Part shown: positions 57,895 to 64,000 of the stretch, in pieces
How positions within the stretch are numbered: the first letter of the stretch is position 1
Layout: each line of letters opens with the position of its first letter
Assembly (NCBI GenBank): GCA_037720205.1
Contig: JBBJMG010000015.1
Coordinates: 9,853-73,852, forward strand
DNA: 64,000 bases
Reading direction: 5' to 3'
Source of the DNA: Pyrinomonadaceae bacterium
Lineage (GTDB): Bacteria > Acidobacteriota > Blastocatellia > Pyrinomonadales > Pyrinomonadaceae
Translations under genes and position numbers: made by a program
Notes under the pieces: generated by a model
The model's database searches: none
Told to the model about the DNA's origin: nothing
What the model saw: the letters and a program-made list of their open reading frames with translations, nothing else

Positions 57895-58377
57895 ATGTAT
57901 TGCCCGTCCTGTGCAAAAGAGAACGAGCTGGACCAGAAATTTTGTCGCGCCTGTGGGATGAATCTCGAGCAGACAGGTTTGTCATTGCGTGAGCAATTTC
58001 CAGACGGGAATCAGACCACATTCGACCGCGAACAAAAATTGCTGGAGAAATTCGGTAACTTGGCAATGACGGGTTTCGCAGTCGTTTTGGCAGTCGCCAT
58101 CTTGTCGCTTATTTACGTAATCTTCGGGAAGATGATCTGGAGTGGCACCCAACCTTATTACGGACTGTTGCTGGTCGCGTTTATCACCTTTGCCGGCCTC
58201 GCCCTCGCCTACGTCGCCTGGAACGAATCATTAAAGGAGAAACGTCAGATGGCGGGACGCCAATCCGACAATGACGCGAGGGCGCGAGAAAAGTCTCTGT
58301 TGGGAGATAAACCAATTGAACCAGTCCCAAGCGTTACGGAGCGTACGACCTCAAAACTGCGAGCACCGAGGAATTAA
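57895..58377 (+). CDS. Zinc-ribbon membrane protein
   Basis: MYCPSCAKEN...CRACG zinc ribbon followed by two hydrophobic helices. The alternative GTG start at 57859 overlaps the upstream stop. Confidence 0.55.
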   Translation: MYCPSCAKENELDQKFCRACGMNLEQTGLSLREQFPDGNQTTFDREQKLLEKFGNLAMTGFAVVLAVAILSLIYVIFGKMIWSGTQPYYGLLLVAFITFAGLALAYVAWNESLKEKRQMAGRQSDNDARAREKSLLGDKPIEPVPSVTERTTSKLRAPRN

Positions 58378-58480
58378 ACTTTCAAACCGGTGCGTACCAA
58401 GTGTCGAAAATCCGCATTCCATCACCCGGTCATGAGAAGATTCGCTTCCCATTATCGACTATTCGCCGTAAAATGGTTTA

Positions 58481-59008
58481 ATGTCGCCGCTTGAGATTGT
58501 CCATTACCCTGACCCGGTGCTGCTCAGGATAGGCGAGCCGGTTGGTGAAGGCGAGTTTGGAGAGGATCTTGAGGTTTTTGCGGCGAATATGTTCGAGACG
58601 ATGGAGAAAGCGGGCGGTGTCGGTTTGGCTGCACCGCAGGTGGGAGTTTCGAAGCGGATTTTCGTCATGGACGTGGCTGTCGAGGGAGCGGAAAGGCAGC
58701 GTCACGTTCTAGTCAACCCGGAAATCATACGCATAGAGGGCGAGCAGATCGGGGACGAAGGATGCCTGTCATTTCCAGGCCTTTATCAAACCGTAAAACG
58801 GGAGATGCGTGTCATCGCGAGAGCCCAGGATGCGACCGGTGAGATGTTTGAGCTCGATGTGAGCGATCTTGCAGCTCGATGCATCCTACATGAGACCGAC
58901 CATTGCGACGGGATCGTATTTATAGACCGGGTGACCCCGCTCAAGCGGCAGTTGGCGAAACGAAAAATCAAGACACTACAGAAAACAGGAAAGTGGAACC
59001 AGAATTGA
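58481..59008 (+). CDS. def: Peptide deformylase
   Basis: All three motifs present: GVGLAAPQ, EGCLSFPG and HETDH. Confidence 0.95.
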   Translation: MSPLEIVHYPDPVLLRIGEPVGEGEFGEDLEVFAANMFETMEKAGGVGLAAPQVGVSKRIFVMDVAVEGAERQRHVLVNPEIIRIEGEQIGDEGCLSFPGLYQTVKREMRVIARAQDATGEMFELDVSDLAARCILHETDHCDGIVFIDRVTPLKRQLAKRKIKTLQKTGKWNQN

Positions 59009-59232
59009 ACAACATAAAAGAAACCCGGCTGACCGCTGAAATCGGATCGAGCGGTGAGCTTAACAAATATCTTAGCGAGGGTTGGGTGCTGCTTCTCGCT
59101 TACGTAAAGCATAAGAACGACGGCCAGCGACCACGGTTCGTGGTGGCTTGGCAGCAGGACGGGCCACCGATCTTTCCGGAAACACTGGACGAGTGGGAAC
59201 AGAGGGAGATGCGGCGCCAGCAAAAGATATAA
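59005..59232 (+). CDS. Possible small ORF (75 aa) overlapping the def stop
   Basis: TTG at 59005 overlaps the def TGA (TTGA). Open to 59232. No family recognised, so weak support. Confidence 0.25.
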   Translation: MNNIKETRLTAEIGSSGELNKYLSEGWVLLLAYVKHKNDGQRPRFVVAWQQDGPPIFPETLDEWEQREMRRQQKI

Positions 59233-59240
59233 TTGATTTT

Positions 59241-60809
59241 ATGCAGACAGAGAGAAAACTGAACGAATTCAAGAACGAACCATTCACTGACTACTCGACG
59301 CCCGAGAATGCCGCCGCTATGCGCGAGGCGATCGAGAAGGTGCGGTCCGAGCTCGGGCGCGAGTACCCCATCATCATCAACGGCGAGAAGGTCTCGCTGG
59401 ACGCGAAATTCGAAAGCATTAACCCAGCCAAGAAGTCAGAGGTCGTCGGTGTATTTTCCGAAGGTGACAGCGACGTCTCGCTTGTCGAGCAAGCGATCGC
59501 GGCTGCGACGGAGTCATTTAAGACCTGGAGGAACGTCCCGGCGTCTGAACGCGCGAATTATCTTTTCAAGATTGCCGACATAATGCGTCAGAGAAAGCAT
59601 GAGTTGTCGGCGTGGATGGTCTTCGAAGTTTCCAAAACGTGGGCCGAGGCCGATGGCGACACGGCGGAGGCAATTGATTTCTGTGAGTTTTACGGCCGTG
59701 AGATGCTGCGTTGGTCGCAGGAACAGCCGGTGACGCCGGCGGCCGGTGAGAACAATAGCTTCGAATATATTCCGCTTGGGGTTGCTGCTGTGATTCCTCC
59801 CTGGAACTTCCCACTAGCGATCATGGCCGGAATGACGCTCGCGGCTGTCGTCACGGGAAACACTGTGGTCCTAAAACCGTCGTCAGATTCCCCGACCATT
59901 GCGGCGAAATTTATGGAAATCGTGGCGGATGCCGGCTTGCCCGCCGGTGTGGTCAATTTTATATCCGGCAGTGTTAAGACTGGCGAGGCAATGGTCACCC
60001 ATCCAAAGACCCGTTTCATTTCATTTACCGGCTCAAAAGGCGTTGGCCTTCATATTAATGAACAGGCAGCCAAGGCCCGCGATGGCCAGATCTGGATCAA
60101 ACGCGTGGTCGCCGAGATGGGCGGAAAGGATGCGATTGTCGTCGCCGATGACGGCGATTTAGAGGCTGCAGCACTAGGTGTGGTACAGGCGGCGTTCGGG
60201 TTTCAGGGTCAAAAATGTTCAGCCTGCTCGCGGCTGATCGTAGACGAGAAGGTCCATGCCGAGCTAATTGGCAAGATTTTGGAGCAAACCAGAAAACTGA
60301 AGGTCGGGTTGCCGACCGAAATAGAAACGAATGTTGCCGCCGTCATAAACCAACGTTCTTTTGACAAGACGCTTGAATATATTGATAAGGGGGTCGCCGA
60401 CGGCGGCAAGATCGTGGCCGGCGGAACGGGGAACGATTCCAGCGGCTTCTACATTGAGCCCACCATTATCGACGACGTAAAGCCCCGCGATACTATTGAG
60501 CAGGAAGAGGTTTTTGCTCCCGTGTTGGCGGTAATAAAAGCGAGAGATTTTGATCACGCACTCGAGATCGCAAATGATACCGAGTTTGGTTTGACCGGCG
60601 CTCTTTACTCGGCCTCGGAAGAGCGTCTCGAGCGTGCGCGGCGCGAATTTCACGTCGGCAACCTCTATCTTAATCGGAAATGCACGGGCGCGTTGGTTGG
60701 CGTCCATCCGTTCGGCGGATTCAATATGTCCGGCACGGATTCGAAGGCGGGCGGACGCGAATACTTACTTCAGTTCATGCAGGGTAAGTCGATCGCGCAA
60801 AAAATTTAG
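59241..60809 (+). CDS. pruA: L-glutamate gamma-semialdehyde (1-pyrroline-5-carboxylate) dehydrogenase
   Basis: NEFKNEPFTDYS N-terminus typical of RocA/PruA. ALDH catalytic residues (EMGGKD, GQKCSACSR). ATG at 59241. Confidence 0.88.
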   Translation: MQTERKLNEFKNEPFTDYSTPENAAAMREAIEKVRSELGREYPIIINGEKVSLDAKFESINPAKKSEVVGVFSEGDSDVSLVEQAIAAATESFKTWRNVPASERANYLFKIADIMRQRKHELSAWMVFEVSKTWAEADGDTAEAIDFCEFYGREMLRWSQEQPVTPAAGENNSFEYIPLGVAAVIPPWNFPLAIMAGMTLAAVVTGNTVVLKPSSDSPTIAAKFMEIVADAGLPAGVVNFISGSVKTGEAMVTHPKTRFISFTGSKGVGLHINEQAAKARDGQIWIKRVVAEMGGKDAIVVADDGDLEAAALGVVQAAFGFQGQKCSACSRLIVDEKVHAELIGKILEQTRKLKVGLPTEIETNVAAVINQRSFDKTLEYIDKGVADGGKIVAGGTGNDSSGFYIEPTIIDDVKPRDTIEQEEVFAPVLAVIKARDFDHALEIANDTEFGLTGALYSASEERLERARREFHVGNLYLNRKCTGALVGVHPFGGFNMSGTDSKAGGREYLLQFMQGKSIAQKI

Positions 60810-60827
60810 GCACTCAGGTTGCTATCT

Positions 60828-61736
60828 ATGAAGCTCATCAGATTTAGAAAGTCCTTTGCGTTTTTATTTGTCGCGGCGTCATGCTCGATAGTTGGATTTG
60901 CCCAGCGGGCAAAGCCGCCACAGCCGGTGAAAAAGGCGGTAATTTTTGCCGTGTTGGGTGATGGCGGCCTGTTGGAGCCTATTGCCTACGTAAGCAAAGG
61001 TAAACTCGAAGCGACCGTCAATGGGTCAGACAGCCCGAGTTTACTCGCCGCCTTCAATCGTAATTATTATAAACCAGGTACATCCTATCGCCTGATTTTT
61101 GGCGGCGGCGATGCGGGTAGTGTCAGCGTCAAGAGCGCGAATCCTCAGTCAGACTGCTCCAAAAATATCGCGATCTCGGTGACGAAAGCCGCTAAAACGC
61201 CGCTCAAAGGGCTGGTTATGGGTCTGGCGACTAATGCTCCGGGCAAGATTTCGACCTCCGTTCGGAGAAAGCCGACAGCCGAGGAGAAAGACGAGATTGA
61301 GGCTTTGGTTCTGGAAGAATACGCTAAGCAAAAGCTGACGCCCAAGGTGCTGCGCTATCACAACCTAACCGCACTCGACATTGAGAACGACGGCAAGGTA
61401 GAGTTTGTCGGATCTTACTGGATGGAGATCGACCGTTTAACGCGCGGGCTCCTCTTTTTTATCGCGGGCAAGGGGAGCAATGACAAATACTCGGTCGGTT
61501 ATCGTGAGTACAAAGAGATCGACCAATCAAAGGTGATGAGCGGGGAAATCAAGTCGATCGATGAGGGGGTCGGACACGAGCTGTTACTCGATGCGTTCGA
61601 CTTTGACGGCGACGGGACGAGCAATATATTCACGTACATCCAGTCCTTCGAAGGAGCGGGTTTCGCCGCCTATCGCAAGAGCGGCGGCAAGTGGTCTAAG
61701 ACGTACGAAGGTTCAAACTATCACTGCGGGTACTAG
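60828..61736 (+). CDS. Hypothetical secreted protein with FG-GAP/VCBS-like motif
   Basis: Signal peptide (VGFAQ). FDFDGDGTSNIF motif near the C-terminus. Confidence 0.5.
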   Translation: MKLIRFRKSFAFLFVAASCSIVGFAQRAKPPQPVKKAVIFAVLGDGGLLEPIAYVSKGKLEATVNGSDSPSLLAAFNRNYYKPGTSYRLIFGGGDAGSVSVKSANPQSDCSKNIAISVTKAAKTPLKGLVMGLATNAPGKISTSVRRKPTAEEKDEIEALVLEEYAKQKLTPKVLRYHNLTALDIENDGKVEFVGSYWMEIDRLTRGLLFFIAGKGSNDKYSVGYREYKEIDQSKVMSGEIKSIDEGVGHELLLDAFDFDGDGTSNIFTYIQSFEGAGFAAYRKSGGKWSKTYEGSNYHCGY

Positions 61737-61847
61737 CCAGTGATGCTGAGGTGGCACGACTGACCGTTCGTTCAGATTTTAGTAGGCGTATCCAAGGTGT
61801 TAAATTCTTATTGGAATTTAACACTTTTTTGCGCCCGCGTGTTTATC

Positions 61848-63386
61848 ATGACTCTCATGCAAAAATTATTTCTGACCGCGGCCATATTTGCTCTCAACAT
61901 GTCACCGTTTGCACAGACATTGCCCGATTTTCCGGTTAAACGCCCGGAGAACGTTGATACTTGGCGGCGAGATGGGTGGGCGGCCATAGAGAAGGCGAAG
62001 AATCTACGGCCGCGTACTGGCAAAGCCAAGAATGTGATCCTGTTCGTCGGCGACGGAATGGGGATCTCCACGCTCACAGCGGCCCGAATCTTTGAAGGGC
62101 AACAGAAAGGAGAGAGCGGCGAGGAAAATCAGCTCAGCTTTGAGCAGTTTCCTTACACGGCACTTTCCAAAACTTATAGCGTGAATCAGCAGACCTCCGA
62201 TTCGGCTCCGACGATGAGCGCAATTGTCTCCGGAGTAAAAACCGACGAGGGGGTCATCTCGGTCAATCAAAACGTGCGTCACGCCGATTATCGGACCGTT
62301 GCGGGGAATGAGACAAAAACGATTCTCGCGCACGCTGAGGAATCAGGCCGGTCAACGGGCCTCGTGTCGACGGCCAGATTAACGCACGCGACGCCTGCCG
62401 CTTGTTACGCGCATTCACCGGCTCGCGATTGGGAATCGGATGCCGACATCGCGCGGCTTAGAAAAGACGCACACGACGTGCGGTTTCCCGATCTTGCCCG
62501 GCAGTTGATCGAGTTTCCCCACGGCGACGGGATCGAAGTGGCTCTTGGCGGCGGACGCTCGAAATTTATGCCGAAAGAAGCCGTTGATCCTGAGTACCCT
62601 ACTCGAACCGGCGAGCGCACCGATAAGCGCGATCTCACTCGCGAGTGGATTGTCAAATACAAAAGTTCGGCATTCGTTTGGAATAAGGAGCAGTTTGACG
62701 CTGCGGACCCGCGTAAAGTCAAGCACTTGTTTGGACTATTTGAGCCGTCACACATGAACTATGAGCACGACCGGGCCAAGGACGCGGGCGGGGAGCCGTC
62801 GTTGTCTGAAATGACTTCAAAGGCAATAGATGTCCTCTCTAATAATAAGAAGGGGTACTTTCTGATGGTCGAGGGCGGTAGAATTGACCACGCCCATCAC
62901 GATGGAAATGCGTTTCGTGCCCTAAAAGATACCGTTGCGTTTTCCGACGCCGTTCGGGCAGCAACGGCGAAGGTTAACATGGAAGAAACGCTCATAATCG
63001 TTACTGCCGATCACAGCCACACTCTGTTTATCCAAGGCTATCCGGCCCGCGGAAATAACATTCTCGGCCTTGTCCGGGAGATTGGCCCCGACGGCGAAGT
63101 CGAAGCGAATCACGCAATTGACGCGGATAAGAAGCCATTCACGACCCTTGGTTATGCAAATGGCAGGGCAGCCCGCGGCGCCGAGCGTCCTGTCCTCAAG
63201 ACTGAGACCGTGCTCGCTCCCGATTATAGACAGGAAGTAAACATTCCTCTCATTGCTGAAACTCATGCCGGAGAAGATGTAGCGATTTACGCAATCGGTG
63301 CCGGCGCCCATCTGATTCGCGGCTCAATGGAGCAGAACTGGATTTTCTACGTCATGGCCGACGCGATGCGCCTCCCGCGCCGATGA
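61848..63386 (+). CDS. phoA: Alkaline phosphatase (PhoA family)
   Basis: Signal peptide. VGDGMG, nucleophile motif DSAPTMSA, metal ligands DHAHH and ADHSH. Confidence 0.88.
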   Translation: MTLMQKLFLTAAIFALNMSPFAQTLPDFPVKRPENVDTWRRDGWAAIEKAKNLRPRTGKAKNVILFVGDGMGISTLTAARIFEGQQKGESGEENQLSFEQFPYTALSKTYSVNQQTSDSAPTMSAIVSGVKTDEGVISVNQNVRHADYRTVAGNETKTILAHAEESGRSTGLVSTARLTHATPAACYAHSPARDWESDADIARLRKDAHDVRFPDLARQLIEFPHGDGIEVALGGGRSKFMPKEAVDPEYPTRTGERTDKRDLTREWIVKYKSSAFVWNKEQFDAADPRKVKHLFGLFEPSHMNYEHDRAKDAGGEPSLSEMTSKAIDVLSNNKKGYFLMVEGGRIDHAHHDGNAFRALKDTVAFSDAVRAATAKVNMEETLIIVTADHSHTLFIQGYPARGNNILGLVREIGPDGEVEANHAIDADKKPFTTLGYANGRAARGAERPVLKTETVLAPDYRQEVNIPLIAETHAGEDVAIYAIGAGAHLIRGSMEQNWIFYVMADAMRLPRR

Positions 63387-64000
63387 AAATTGTCTTCATG
63401 GGTACGCCGCAGGTCGCCGTTCCGGCGCTGGAGCGGCTCAAGGCGGATGGTCATGAGGTCGTATGTGTCTACACTCAGCCCGATCGTCCGGCAGGCCGTG
63501 GGAACAAGATCAGTTTCTCGCCCGTAAAGGCGGCAGCGTTGACTCACAGTTTGAAGGTTCTACAACCTGAGAAGGTACGGACCGATGAAGCACGCGAGGT
63601 ATTCGCGTCGCACGCCGCTGAGGTGGCGGTAGTCGTCGCATACGGGCGAATCCTACCTGAGTCTTTTCTGTCGGTCTATCCACATGGAGCGATCAATGCC
63701 CACTTTTCGCTGCTACCTAAATATAGAGGGGCGGCACCTGTGAATTGGGCAGTTGCTCACGGCGAAATCGAGACCGGTGTTACAACGATGAGAATGGATG
63801 CGGGACTCGATACCGGCAACATTCTGCTCCAGCAGCGAATACGAATCAAACCGAACGAAACGGCCCCGGAATTGCTGACACGGCTGTCGTTAGTGGGTGC
63901 CGATCTGCTTTCCGAGACGCTGGCAAAGCTGCCCGTCATTCGCGACGTCGTCCAGGACCACGCTAGTGCAACACTCGCGCGGATGTTATCCCGCGGCGAT
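63383..64000 (+). CDS. fmt: Methionyl-tRNA formyltransferase (3' end outside the window)
   Basis: My own translation: MKIVFMGTPQVAVPALERL...QPDRPAGRG...HFSLLPKYRGAAPVNWA. The ATG overlaps the phoA stop (ATGA). Open to the window end. Confidence 0.9.
   Translation, partial: MKIVFMGTPQVAVPALERLKADGHEVVCVYTQPDRPAGRGNKISFSPVKAAALTHSLKVLQPEKVRTDEAREVFASHAAEVAVVVAYGRILPESFLSVYPHGAINAHFSLLPKYRGAAPVNWAVAHGEIETGVTTMRMDAGLDTGNILLQQRIRIKPNETAPELLTRLSLVGADLLSETLAKLPVIRDVVQDHASATLARMLSRGD

Noticed and set aside
1-64000. Searched for tRNA, rRNA, tmRNA or RNase P genes, CRISPR arrays, transposases, integrases and phage genes.
   Set aside because: None recognised. Intergenic regions are short and the longer ones (2587..2970, 29887..30053, 40885..41293, 46390..46633, 53360..53634) show no cloverleaf-like or known RNA signatures by eye. 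A covariance-model scan would be needed to exclude small RNAs.

Overview
Densely coding 64-kb chromosomal window, GC-rich by eye. It is most plausibly from an Acidobacteriota genome: tandem secreted VWA proteins of the acidobacterial type, a TonB-ExbB-ExbD-ExbD-TPR cluster, and many Pro/Thr/Ala-rich linkers. This assignment is inferred, not computed. Most genes are housekeeping: secDF, rel, ridA, rpmB, guaB, gnd, lpxC, ppa, def, fmt, two ABC-F ATPases, P5C dehydrogenase and an acyl-CoA carboxyltransferase. I found no rRNA, tRNA, CRISPR array, transposase or integrase. Four regions stand out. (1) A five-gene bacterial microcompartment (BMC) operon at 17.6-21.2 kb: BMC-H, a CoA-acylating aldehyde dehydrogenase with a long C-terminal extension, a zinc-ribbon/TM ORF, a second BMC-H, and an unknown ORF with a signal-like N-terminus. 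No pentamer, phosphotransacylase, alcohol dehydrogenase or signature enzyme is visible. The second shell protein and the unrelated downstream ORF end in the same 13-residue basic tail, and the two DNA copies differ only by synonymous changes. (2) A translationally coupled uricolytic operon at 35.4-40.9 kb (allantoinase, allantoicase, OHCU decarboxylase, HIU hydrolase, uricase) that ends in an uncharacterised CitE/HpcH-like gene and lacks a ureidoglycolate lyase. (3) A small accessory islet at 52.4-54.1 kb. It holds a RelE/YafQ-type toxin-antitoxin cassette bracketed by a diverged 111-nt duplicate of the 3' end of the upstream enoyl-CoA hydratase gene, an orphan immunity-like ORF and a degenerate 21-bp tandem repeat array. 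(4) The two AtuA-type domains are encoded about 5 kb apart on opposite strands. Where the ORF track began at a GTG or TTG, I moved the start to an in-frame ATG when an RBS or a homologous N-terminus supported it.
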